NCBI GenBank assembly: GCA_040390065.1
Contig: JAZJZE010000013.1
Span: 1-45,731, forward strand
Direction of reading: 5' to 3'
Source of the DNA: a bacterium
Lineage (GTDB): Archaea; Thermoplasmatota; E2; JACPAO01; JAHFTW01
DNA length: 45,731 bases
Numbering within the stretch: position 1 is the stretch's first letter; every line of letters starts with the position of its first letter. The notes beneath the pieces were generated by a model. The model ran no database searches. It saw only the letters and a program-made list of their open reading frames with translations, and had not been told where the DNA came from. This document shows positions 18,296 to 26,702 of this stretch, in pieces. Position numbers and translations under genes: made by a program.

Positions 18296-18313
18296 GCCGC
18301 AGAGGCGCAAGCC

Positions 18314-19984
18314 GTGCGGTCTTCACCCCTCTTCTCCTCCCTTCTCCTCGTCGCTCTTCTTTCGGCTTCCCTTGCGACCCTGGCCTCGCCAGCCCACGCC
18401 CAGGGTCCGGTCATCCCAGCGAGCTCCTACGATTTTGAACTGACGCCGCCGCCTGGGCCCGTCCGGTTCACCAACTTCCCCGGCCCGTGGGAGACGAGCC
18501 TGACGTACCATGACTTGTCCCGCGACTCCCCGACGTCGCTCGTGCCGGGCGGCTCGCCGACGAACGTGCCCGTCTTCAAGCACTCGGTGGCCTTCTCCAT
18601 CGACCCCCCTCCGGACAAACTCCTGCTCGTTGGCTGGCAGGCAGACATTCCAGCAGGCTTGACGTCCCAGGCCGGCGACGGGCCGGTGCAGGTCGTGTTC
18701 CGCGGCATCCTCACGGCGTCGCCGACCACGGTCCCGTACGTGCACGTGCGCGTCACGGCCACCATCACGACCCAACCTGAAAACCAGGCGTTCAACCGCT
18801 CCGTCGACCTGACCCTCGTGGCCCTCGGTTTCCCGACCATCCAGACGCAAAGCAACGGCCCGCAGCTCAAGCTCGAGCCCCGCGAACGCGGCGACGCCGT
18901 CTTCACGGTCAGCAACATCGGGCTCTACCCGAAGAACGTGCAATTCAAGCTGACCGGCAACCCGTGCGACATGGCCGTCGGCGTGCCCAGCACAATCGCC
19001 TTGGCGGGCGGCGACTCGCAGGAGGTCCACTTCTCCGCCGTGGCGCCCTCCAACAGCTTCTGGTACCAGGGCGACAACTGCTCCCTGACGCTCGCTGCAT
19101 CGGACCCGACCAACCCGAACGACTCCAAGACGGCGAACGTCATCATCAAGGTCGAAGGCTTCTACGTCGACCCGACATGGATCTTCAACTGGATCGGCCT
19201 CATCATTGTCGTCGTCCTGCTCGTCTTCCTGATCCGTCGCCGCAAGGAACGCCGCGAAGAACGCATCCTCGGCAAGCCGCAGAAGCCGTGGCTGATTCCC
19301 GTCGAGCAAGTGTACCTGCGTGAACTGAAGGCCCGCGACCCCCGCGCCTGGTACGTCGTGCGCCACTACCTCATGGAGGAGGAGTACCGCTCCAGCCTCC
19401 TCTGGTTCAAGGCGTTCAAGGCGGCGACGAAGGGCGACCGCAAGAAGGAAACGTTGATCCTCCAGCAGGAGGACAAGTACGCCAAGTGGAAGGCCAAGTG
19501 GGCCAAAGCCATCGCCAAGCCCCTCAAGACGGCCGACCGATACGAGGCCAAACTGCAACGCAAGCTCGACCGCAAGGCCCGCAAGACCTTCCGCAAGGCG
19601 CGCCGCAAGAGTCGCCGCCTGTCCGCCAAGATCAAGTCCGCGCAAGCCAAGCTGCAGAAGCGCTCCGACGAGAAGTGGGAGAAGCAGCGCGCCAAGGCCG
19701 AGAAGAAGGGCCGCCCCATCCCCGAGAAACCGATTCTGGCGGCACCGGCGTTACCAGCCGAGGCCGTCCAAGGCAAACCCGTTCTGGCCGAACACAAGTG
19801 GGCCAAACGCGCCGCCCGCTACCGCCGCCGCATGGTGCGCAAGCAAGGCAACCTCGAAGTCAGGTTCGAGAAAGCCGACGCGCGGTACCTACGCAGGATC
19901 CGCCGCAAGGTCGGCAAACTGGCGCGCAAACTCGACGACCCTGAATTCGTGGCGGAACATCCGCTGCTGAGGAGCGAGGCGTAA
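18314..19984 (+). CDS. Single-pass membrane protein: extracellular beta-rich domains plus long Lys/Arg-rich cytoplasmic tail
   Basis: Signal peptide ending PAHA, TM WIGLIIVVVLLVFLI followed by RRRKERR, ~250-aa basic helical tail. Confidence 0.8.
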   Translation: MRSSPLFSSLLLVALLSASLATLASPAHAQGPVIPASSYDFELTPPPGPVRFTNFPGPWETSLTYHDLSRDSPTSLVPGGSPTNVPVFKHSVAFSIDPPPDKLLLVGWQADIPAGLTSQAGDGPVQVVFRGILTASPTTVPYVHVRVTATITTQPENQAFNRSVDLTLVALGFPTIQTQSNGPQLKLEPRERGDAVFTVSNIGLYPKNVQFKLTGNPCDMAVGVPSTIALAGGDSQEVHFSAVAPSNSFWYQGDNCSLTLAASDPTNPNDSKTANVIIKVEGFYVDPTWIFNWIGLIIVVVLLVFLIRRRKERREERILGKPQKPWLIPVEQVYLRELKARDPRAWYVVRHYLMEEEYRSSLLWFKAFKAATKGDRKKETLILQQEDKYAKWKAKWAKAIAKPLKTADRYEAKLQRKLDRKARKTFRKARRKSRRLSAKIKSAQAKLQKRSDEKWEKQRAKAEKKGRPIPEKPILAAPALPAEAVQGKPVLAEHKWAKRAARYRRRMVRKQGNLEVRFEKADARYLRRIRRKVGKLARKLDDPEFVAEHPLLRSEA

Positions 19985-20086
19985 GCCGCTCCTCAGTCAG
20001 GCGGGCGGCCTGGAGGGCCGTGCGCGTCGAGGCGTAAGCCGCTCCTAAGTCAGGCGGGCGGCCCGCGGGGCCGCGCGCATGGAGGC
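19975..20086. repeat. 53-bp tandem duplication containing the stop codon and a hairpin
   Basis: cgaggcgtaagccgctcct(c/a)agtcaggcgggcggcc at 19975 and 20028; the remainder of the unit is diverged. Confidence 0.9.
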
Positions 20087-20158
20087 CTGCCGAATTTCGG
20101 GCCCGAGGTCCGCATGACATTTCGCTGACCCCTGCGAAGAACGGTTAGGCCTTCGCGG

Positions 20159-20198
20159 ACGTCCATGGCCGGCCAAGCACGTCCATGGCCGTCCAATC
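20159..20198. repeat. 20-bp tandem repeat, two copies
   Basis: acgtccatggccggccaagc / acgtccatggccgtccaatc (18/20 identical). Confidence 0.8.
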
Positions 20199-20234
20199 CA
20201 ATCGGCGCGGCACGCAATCGGCGTGCCTGGCCCT

Positions 20235-20693
20235 CTACTCCATCGGTTTGAGGCGGACCTTGGCCAAATCGAATCCGGCGGGGCAGGGCAGCGGGCCTTC
20301 GTTGGCGACGATGGCGTGTCTTGCGCCGGCGGTCGGGCCGACGGGGTGGCACAGGCCGTAGTTGGCGCAGTCGGGGCGACCGCATGGGACTGGCGTCCAA
20401 GCCGCGGCGGTGCCGCGCAGGTGCCGCGTTTCGATGCTGGAGACGAAGTCGGTTTCGGCGACGGTGACGACGTGCACCTTGCCGCCGTCGTGCAGGGCGC
20501 AGGGGTGGGTGACGGCGCGCAAGGCGGTGACCTGGTACGCGTGGCCGGGTGTGAGGCCGAAGCATAGCTTCTGGAATGGGCAGCCTTCGCATTCTTCCCC
20601 GGTGTTGCCGCCGGTGCGGGGGACGTTGGGGCCGCGGTAGGTGAAGCGTGCGCCGGGCTTCGCCATGGATTCCGGGACCAGGGTCAACGTCAC
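20235..20693 (-). CDS. UPF0179 family protein
   Basis: TLVPESMAKPGARFTYRG, ECEGCPFQKLC, HPCALHDGGKV, second Cys cluster. GTG start 20693. Confidence 0.85.
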   Translation of the reverse strand: MTLTLVPESMAKPGARFTYRGPNVPRTGGNTGEECEGCPFQKLCFGLTPGHAYQVTALRAVTHPCALHDGGKVHVVTVAETDFVSSIETRHLRGTAAAWTPVPCGRPDCANYGLCHPVGPTAGARHAIVANEGPLPCPAGFDLAKVRLKPME

Positions 20694-20801
20694 GCCGCGC
20701 CTCCAGGCGAGCGGGAGGTGGGCCCGGATTTCACGTTTGCGTGCGTTTCGGTCAAGCGGTCCGTCCGCCAAGGCTATGTGGGGGCTGTGGGCTGGATGGG
20801 T

Positions 20802-21800
20802 ATGGTCCGGTTGGGCGTCCTCCTTGCGGTAGCCTGCGTTGCCGTCCCGCTCGTGCCGGCGCAGGCGCAGACGGAGGCGTACGTTTGGGCGAAGTTGGCG
20901 CTGGATTCCGTTCAGATGCCGGCTTCGCCGCTCGACCCCGACGGTTTGGCACAGACGATGAAGGTCCACTGGGCCTACACGCTGTCCGAAGGGGCCGCGG
21001 CCATTGCCTCGGCGGGGGCCGTCCGGTTCGACCACACCATCCTTCACTTCCAGCCAGTTGCAAATTGCGCCGGCAGCGGCGTGCTAGTCACGGGGGCGTC
21101 TGACATCCCTATCGGATGGTCGCCGCCGCCCGTGGGGGCCCCACCGCAGACGCAGGTGCAGGCAGACGCTATCTTCCACATCCAGGCAACGTCCGACGCG
21201 CCCGGCGAGACGCCCATCAAGTGCACCTTCACGGCGTATGTCGACGCCTGGGGGGCCAACAACGAGATTCCCGCGACGGCGCCGGCCACCCTTCTGGGCA
21301 CCGTCGAAGTGGCCTACCACGGATTGATTGACGTCACGGCCCCCGTCACGGTGGCGCAGGCCGGCCCGCAGAAGACCATCAGCTACGCCATCCACGTCAC
21401 CAACCTGGGCAACTCACGCACCTTCGTCGAGTTTAGGGTCGTGGACTCGCACGTCGCTGATGGTTGGAATGCCGTAGCGCCTCGAGAGATCGTGCTGGAA
21501 TCCAAGAACCAGGGTGGAACCACCACGTCGTCGATGGTCGACTTCGTCGTCGCCACGCCGTACCATGAGGGCTCCAACGTCGGACAACAGATATTCCAGC
21601 TCACGGTCTCGGCGCAGTCGACGAAGGACCCGGCGCTGGTTGGGAACGAACGGACCGTGAACGTCCTTGCGATGGTGCGTGATTGCTACAGCGAAGACGC
21701 GTCCGCGGCTGGCCAGTGCGCGGCCAAGAGCCCGTCTGCCGGCATCGAGTTCGCTTTCGGGCTGGTGGCTTGTGCCTTCGTGGCGAGCCGAAGACGATGA
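20802..21800 (+). CDS. Surface protein paralogue B
   Basis: Shares LDPDGLA, ATSDAPGETP..CTFTAYVDAWG, AGPQKTI.YAIH, LESKNQGGT with paralogue A. Tail KSP-TM-RRR. Confidence 0.8.
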   Translation: MVRLGVLLAVACVAVPLVPAQAQTEAYVWAKLALDSVQMPASPLDPDGLAQTMKVHWAYTLSEGAAAIASAGAVRFDHTILHFQPVANCAGSGVLVTGASDIPIGWSPPPVGAPPQTQVQADAIFHIQATSDAPGETPIKCTFTAYVDAWGANNEIPATAPATLLGTVEVAYHGLIDVTAPVTVAQAGPQKTISYAIHVTNLGNSRTFVEFRVVDSHVADGWNAVAPREIVLESKNQGGTTTSSMVDFVVATPYHEGSNVGQQIFQLTVSAQSTKDPALVGNERTVNVLAMVRDCYSEDASAAGQCAAKSPSAGIEFAFGLVACAFVASRRR

Positions 21801-22786
21801 TGAAGGCGCCGCGTTCGTCCGGATGGCGTGTCGCTGGCCTCGTCGTTCTGGCGGCCTCCTTTGTCATGCTGCTTCCATGTTCCGCCGCGCAGGATGCCTT
21901 GAAGCCCCAACTGCGGCTCGAGGTGTCGCCCTCACCCCCGCCTCTTGCGCCAGACGGCGCGGCCGGCACCCTCACGGTCCACTGGACCTACGAGATGAGT
22001 CCGGCGGTCACGGCAATGGCAGAGACTGAGGGCAACCTCCAGGACACGACGCTGCACTTCAGTCCGGCGCCCCGTTGCGCCGCCTACGGCCTTCTTGTCA
22101 CCGGGGCCACGACCATTCCCCTCGTCCTGCACTCGCCCGACCCGACGCAGATGAAGCGGGAAGGCGACGCGACGTTCCGCGTCCAGGCAACAAGCGATGC
22201 CCCCGGGGAAACGCCCGTCAACTGCACATTCACGGCCTACGTCGATCAATGGGGCCTCGACAATGCCGTCGACAGGACGGACCTTGCGATTGACAGCGAA
22301 CCGGTCATCGTCGCATACCGCGGCGCGGTCGGCGCAACCGTCCCTTCTACCATCGCCGAGGCCGGTCCCCGCAAGACCATCGACTACGCCATTCAGCTCA
22401 ACAATCTTGGCAACTCGCGCACGTTCGTGAACTTCAACGTCGTCGACTCGCATTCGGCGGACGGCTGGAACCCGGTCGCTCCTAGCCAGACCTCCTTGGA
22501 GTCCAAGAAGCAGGGCGGCACGCAGACGACCGCCGAGACCCACTTCCTCATTTCCACGCCGTACAAGAACGGCTGGAACAACAAGGAATCAACGTTCCAG
22601 CTGAAGGTGTGGCCCCAGTCGACGAAAGACCCGGCCTTGACCGGCGACGAGATCACGGTCAACATCCTGGCTCGCGTCCGGGGTTGCTACGGCCCCACCT
22701 GTGTCGCGGGCATCCCAGGCCCCGAGCCGGGTCTGTACATGGTGGCACTCCTGGCCTTCGCGCTTGCTAGCCGCCGTCGAAAGTAG
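21797..22786 (+). CDS. Surface protein paralogue C
   Basis: ATGA overlap with paralogue B. Second domain nearly identical to A (FVNFNVVD.HSADGWNPVAPSQTSLESK, STPYKNGWNNKESTFQLK). Tail IPGPEP-TM-RRRK. Confidence 0.82.
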   Translation: MMKAPRSSGWRVAGLVVLAASFVMLLPCSAAQDALKPQLRLEVSPSPPPLAPDGAAGTLTVHWTYEMSPAVTAMAETEGNLQDTTLHFSPAPRCAAYGLLVTGATTIPLVLHSPDPTQMKREGDATFRVQATSDAPGETPVNCTFTAYVDQWGLDNAVDRTDLAIDSEPVIVAYRGAVGATVPSTIAEAGPRKTIDYAIQLNNLGNSRTFVNFNVVDSHSADGWNPVAPSQTSLESKKQGGTQTTAETHFLISTPYKNGWNNKESTFQLKVWPQSTKDPALTGDEITVNILARVRGCYGPTCVAGIPGPEPGLYMVALLAFALASRRRK

Positions 22787-22815
22787 GGGCACGGCCGCGA
22801 GGCCGTCCTGCCGCG

Positions 22816-23874
22816 TCAGAGCACGCCCGTCGCCTTGCACACCGCTTCGGCGGCGTCCTTGGTCAGGCCTGATTCGCCGAGGATGGTGTAGCGTTCGGGG
22901 CGGATCTTGTGGCACGTCGTGAGGGCCTTGATCATGTCCTTGGGGCTGACACCGAGGTCCTTCGCCGTGGTCGGAGCGCCGATCTCGCGCAGCGCCAAGC
23001 GGATCTCCTCCCAGTCGCCGCCGTGCAGGTGCATCATGAGGATGCTGCCGACGCCGACGGTCTCGCCGTGCATGGGGCCGGGGCTGAGGCGGTCGATGGC
23101 GTGGCCGAAGAGGTGCTCTGCGCCGCTTGCTGGCCGGCTCGACCCAGCGACGGCCATGCTGACGCCGGAGACGACGAGGGACTTGACGACGATCCATGAC
23201 GCCTCCTCGATGTTGGGGCGGATGACGTGGCGGTTCTCCAGGATCTGCTCCGCCGCGGTGCGGGCCAAGACGGCGGCGAACGAGGAGTATTCCTCGGCCT
23301 TGAGGCGGGCGGCGAGTTTCCAGTCGAGGACGGCCGTGAGGTTGCTGATGACGTCGGCGCAGCCAGCGGCCAGCATGCGGTAGGGCGCCTTGGAGATGAT
23401 CGTGGTGTCCGCGACGATGGCTGCGGGGGGCTTTGCCTCCACCGAGACGGAGCCGCGTGTCTCCTTGATGCTGGCGCGGCCGGAGCAGATGCCGTCGTGG
23501 CTTGCCGACGTCGGCGCCGAGACGAAGGCCGGGCCGTGCTCGAACGCGGCGAGTTTGGCGACGTCGATGACGGAGCCGCCGCCGGCGCCGACGTACCACG
23601 CTGCATCGACCTTTCGGCCGACCTTGAGGGCGCCTTCGACCGATTTCATGGTCGGGCCGGGGGATTCGTAGAAGTGCGGCTTGAAGCCGGCGCCCTCCAG
23701 TGCGGCGCGGACCTTGGGACCGACGAGGCGCTTGGTGTTGGCGTCGACGACGACGACGCCGGTGGGTTCCAGCTCGAGGTCGGCGACGACTTCGCCGAGG
23801 CGGCCGAGGGCGTTGGTTCCGACCAGCACGTGGCGGGGGAAGATCATGTGCTTGACCTTCTCGGGAGGTGCCAT
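22816..23874 (-). CDS. egsA: sn-glycerol-1-phosphate dehydrogenase
   Basis: GAGGGSVIDVAK, PTSASHDGI, AGCAD, SSRPASGAEH, HGETVG, IRPERYTILG. Confidence 0.97.
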   Translation of the reverse strand: MAPPEKVKHMIFPRHVLVGTNALGRLGEVVADLELEPTGVVVVDANTKRLVGPKVRAALEGAGFKPHFYESPGPTMKSVEGALKVGRKVDAAWYVGAGGGSVIDVAKLAAFEHGPAFVSAPTSASHDGICSGRASIKETRGSVSVEAKPPAAIVADTTIISKAPYRMLAAGCADVISNLTAVLDWKLAARLKAEEYSSFAAVLARTAAEQILENRHVIRPNIEEASWIVVKSLVVSGVSMAVAGSSRPASGAEHLFGHAIDRLSPGPMHGETVGVGSILMMHLHGGDWEEIRLALREIGAPTTAKDLGVSPKDMIKALTTCHKIRPERYTILGESGLTKDAAEAVCKATGVL

Positions 23875-23926
23875 CGCCGCGGCTAGTTGGGAAGTCCTTG
23901 AAAAGCTGGTGGCCGGGCGCGGCTCG

Positions 23927-24346
23927 CTAGGGGAAGGTGGTTTCGTAGGCCCGCACCGCGCCGCTGGGCCCCGCGATGGAAATGGCCATCCTCGTCACCG
24001 ACGCGCCGCACCGGATGACGTCGCCGGCCTGGACGTCGCCCTCGACGGTCGAGGTGCTGCACTTCGCTGCGCCTTGTTCCCATCCGATGGGGGCCGGTTC
24101 TGCGCCGTTCGTAGCGACCTCGATGCTGCTCCACGCGATGCCTGGGTCGGCTCGGACGACCGTGACGGTTCCACCGCCAGCCGGGTCCGCCTCCCTGTTG
24201 AACGAGAGTCGCGGGCCGTGCGGTGCCGTGGTCTCGGAAGGCGTTCCCGTGACGACGACGATTGTCGTCCCGCCGCAGCCAGCCAAGGCGGCCGCGAGGC
24301 CGACGAGCAGAGCAACGAGTGCCGAGGCCAAGCCGATGGACCGCAT
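23927..24346 (-). CDS. Hypothetical lipoprotein, pilin-head-like domain
   Basis: Lipobox LAG-C. PRLSF..., TVTVVRADPGIAWSSI and GDVQAGDVI recall archaeal pilin globular domains. Confidence 0.6.
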   Translation of the reverse strand: MRSIGLASALVALLVGLAAALAGCGGTTIVVVTGTPSETTAPHGPRLSFNREADPAGGGTVTVVRADPGIAWSSIEVATNGAEPAPIGWEQGAAKCSTSTVEGDVQAGDVIRCGASVTRMAISIAGPSGAVRAYETTFP

Positions 24347-24361
24347 GGTGTTGGGGAGTGC

Positions 24362-24985
24362 TTAGGCGCGGCGCCGGGTCGCCACGACGGCGGCCAAGGC
24401 AAGGAGCGTCGCGTCGATGGCGAAGCCCGAAAGGCCGCCCGCCGCCTTCGGCTCAGTGGCCTGTGCCTTCAGGGCGGCCACGTCCTTCTCGAGTTGCGAG
24501 ATCTTGGCGTTCTGCGATTCAGGCGTCGAGTCCGGCGCCGGCGGAAACATGTTGTCGGTCGCCTGTGCCACGGCGGCGTCCGGCGTGATGTCGATGTTGA
24601 CGTTCGTGCCGTTGATGAGCCCGCGAACGTGCAGGTAGTAGAGGCCCGGCTTCGTGTAGATGATCGGGTACGTGTACCAGCCGGGGCGGTCGGCTTGGGC
24701 CGTGAGTTTGCCGGTCATCGTGATGACGCCTGCGTCGGGCGTGGAGCCGTAGGTCAACGTGACGTTCAGGGCTGGGGTCGTCGACTCGAGGCCGACGAGG
24801 GGGTTGCCCTTCGCGTCCTGGATGCCGAGGTCGAGGCCCGTCTTCTGGTACGTCGAGACCGGCTCGTACAGGTTGCCATAGATGAGGGTGACCTTGCCGT
24901 TGTTGCTATGGATAGTCTTGTGGGCCGTGGCGGGCGCGGCGACTAGGGCAACGGCGACGACGGCGGCAAGGAACGCGAGTTTCAC
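24362..24985 (-). CDS. Secreted, C-terminally anchored protein with mature N-terminal His
   Basis: Signal peptide ...APATA/HKT, short coiled coil, tail LSGF-TM-RRRA. Confidence 0.75.
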   Translation of the reverse strand: MKLAFLAAVVAVALVAAPATAHKTIHSNNGKVTLIYGNLYEPVSTYQKTGLDLGIQDAKGNPLVGLESTTPALNVTLTYGSTPDAGVITMTGKLTAQADRPGWYTYPIIYTKPGLYYLHVRGLINGTNVNIDITPDAAVAQATDNMFPPAPDSTPESQNAKISQLEKDVAALKAQATEPKAAGGLSGFAIDATLLALAAVVATRRRA

Positions 24986-25147
24986 GGGTGGACCCCTGGC
25001 TCAACGTTTGGACCTTCAGGGGCGATTTGGGGCTTTCGGTCAACACCTGGCGTTCCCAGGAGGCGACTTGGGCACCGGAGCGCCTGGCCGGCGCCGACCC
25101 CCGACCGCCACCAGCGTGTTCTTGAGACCCCTGGTTTTCGAAGGCGC

Positions 25148-25570
25148 GTGCCCGACATCACGAACGACGACGAGACAGTCGCCGCCCTGCTTGCCCGCAA
25201 GCCGCACATCGCCATGGTCGGCGCAAGCGACAACCCGGCGCGCGACTCGAACCGGGTCTTCGTCTACATGCAGCACCGCGGCTATACGGTCCTCCCCGTC
25301 AACCCCGTGACGCCCTCGGTCCTTGGGATTGCGACCGTGCCCGACCTAAGGGCCGCCGCCAAAGCCGGTCCTGTCGACCTCGTGGACGTGTTTCGCGCGC
25401 CGGACCAGGTCGGCCCCATCGTCGAGGACGCAATCGCGGTCGGCGCCAAGGCCATCTGGTTCCAGTTGGGCGTCGTCAATGCGCAAGCCATCCAGCGCGC
25501 CGTCGACGCGGGCCTGGACGTCATTGTGGATCGTTGCATCAAGATTGAGGACCGTCGGTTGTTGGATTGA
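25148..25570 (+). CDS. CoA-binding protein (YccU-like)
   Basis: IAMVGASDNPARDS, PVNP, VDLVDVFR, IWFQLG, DRCIKIE. Confidence 0.93.
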   Translation: MPDITNDDETVAALLARKPHIAMVGASDNPARDSNRVFVYMQHRGYTVLPVNPVTPSVLGIATVPDLRAAAKAGPVDLVDVFRAPDQVGPIVEDAIAVGAKAIWFQLGVVNAQAIQRAVDAGLDVIVDRCIKIEDRRLLD

Positions 25571-25652
25571 GGCCCCACGACGCAACGTGATCGAGCTTCG
25601 TTTGAAGGTCGCGGTGCATCAAGATTGAGGACCGTCGGTTGTTGGGTTGAGG
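25535..25652. repeat. Direct repeat of the 3' end of the CoA-binding protein gene (38 bp, period 80)
   Basis: tgcatcaagattgaggaccgtcggttgttgg(a/g)ttgagg at 25535 and 25615. Confidence 0.93.
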
Positions 25653-25671
25653 GCCTGCGACGGCGGCCTTG

Positions 25672-26667
25672 CTAACGGCGGATGGGTCGGCTGGTGGGCG
25701 ACGGCGTAGGCCTGTAGAGGCTGGCTCGCGGCGCGGCGCCGTTGCGGGCAGGAGCCCGGCTTCCCGCCGGACCGATCTTGACGCCGGCAGCCGTGGAACC
25801 ATTCACGCGTCGGGCGGCGCCGGCCGTCGTGGTGGCGCGCGCTTTGCCATTGGCTTGCGCCGCGGGCTGGGCTGTCGTGCCCGACCCAAGCATGAGGGGC
25901 GCGGGGCTGCGCGGCGTGCGCCGGGGCGGTGGAAGCGGCGCCTGGCGGGCCGTCGCCGTCGAGTACTGGTTGCGCGGCAACTGGTAGCGCGCGTCGCGTG
26001 GGTCGTACGGCATGGCGGCGCCGGGCGGTACCCACAACATGACGCCCGGCGGCATCCCCGGGTACGCGGCGGGCATGCCGCCCGCAGTCCAAGGCATCAG
26101 CGCGCTGCCGCGGCCGGGAACGACGTCGCGTGAGGCGAAAGCGAGGAAGGTCGCGGTCCCCGAAAGCAGGACGGCAAGGACGCCCAGGTACATTCCCGCG
26201 CTGAAGCCGTAGCCGCCGAGGAGACTGATGGTTTCGGGCGAGGCGTCGGCGCCGGGTCCCGTCGTCATGAACATCTTGTGGAAGCTGGCGAGGAATTGGT
26301 GGACGCCGATGGAGAAGACGGCGACGCCGATGGCTAGCGTGCCCGTCGTTGCGAGGCCAACCCAGGCGGCGGCCTTGTTGCGCTTCAGGGCCATCAGGAG
26401 CGCCACGGCGCCTGCGCCAAGCGAGCCGACGGCGACGAAGGGGGCACCGAAACGGATCATGCCGAGCCCATCGAAGTCGAAGGACGCCCCGAGCAGGTTC
26501 CACAGCGGACTGTACCAGCCGAAGCCGACGAGGAGGTCGTTGAAGCCCCACAGTTTGGCGGAGTAGAACGTCTCGGCGTTCCCCCATTCGAGGAATTCCA
26601 CGAGGATGAGCGCGACACCAGCGGCGCCAGCGACGCACAACCCCGCAATCCAGGTTCCCTTGCTCAA
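25672..26667 (-). CDS. Claudin-like four-TM protein with Pro/Ala/Arg-rich tail (array member 5)
   Basis: TM1-W...KLW, GLGMIR before TM2, FSAGMYLG before TM4. TTG start. Confidence 0.7.
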   Translation of the reverse strand: MSKGTWIAGLCVAGAAGVALILVEFLEWGNAETFYSAKLWGFNDLLVGFGWYSPLWNLLGASFDFDGLGMIRFGAPFVAVGSLGAGAVALLMALKRNKAAAWVGLATTGTLAIGVAVFSIGVHQFLASFHKMFMTTGPGADASPETISLLGGYGFSAGMYLGVLAVLLSGTATFLAFASRDVVPGRGSALMPWTAGGMPAAYPGMPPGVMLWVPPGAAMPYDPRDARYQLPRNQYSTATARQAPLPPPRRTPRSPAPLMLGSGTTAQPAAQANGKARATTTAGAARRVNGSTAAGVKIGPAGSRAPARNGAAPRASLYRPTPSPTSRPIRR

Positions 26668-26702
26668 ACGACCAACCCGGTTTGCTTCCTACTCGTGCCG
26701 CC

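Noticed and set aside
17880-22690. Similar segments at ~17880-18210 and ~22355-22685 as a DGR template/variable repeat pair
   Set aside because: Differences are largely synonymous third-position changes rather than adenine-specific, both copies lie in intact genes, and no reverse transcriptase is in the window.
25017-25072. Imperfect direct repeat caggggcgatttggg / caggaggcgacttggg in a divergent intergenic region
   Set aside because: Short and degenerate; could be an operator but is indistinguishable from chance in GC-rich sequence.
19975-25652. The 36-38 bp repeats at 19975/20028 and 25535/25615 as mini-CRISPR arrays
   Set aside because: Only two copies each, both derived from adjacent coding ends, and no cas genes or leader.
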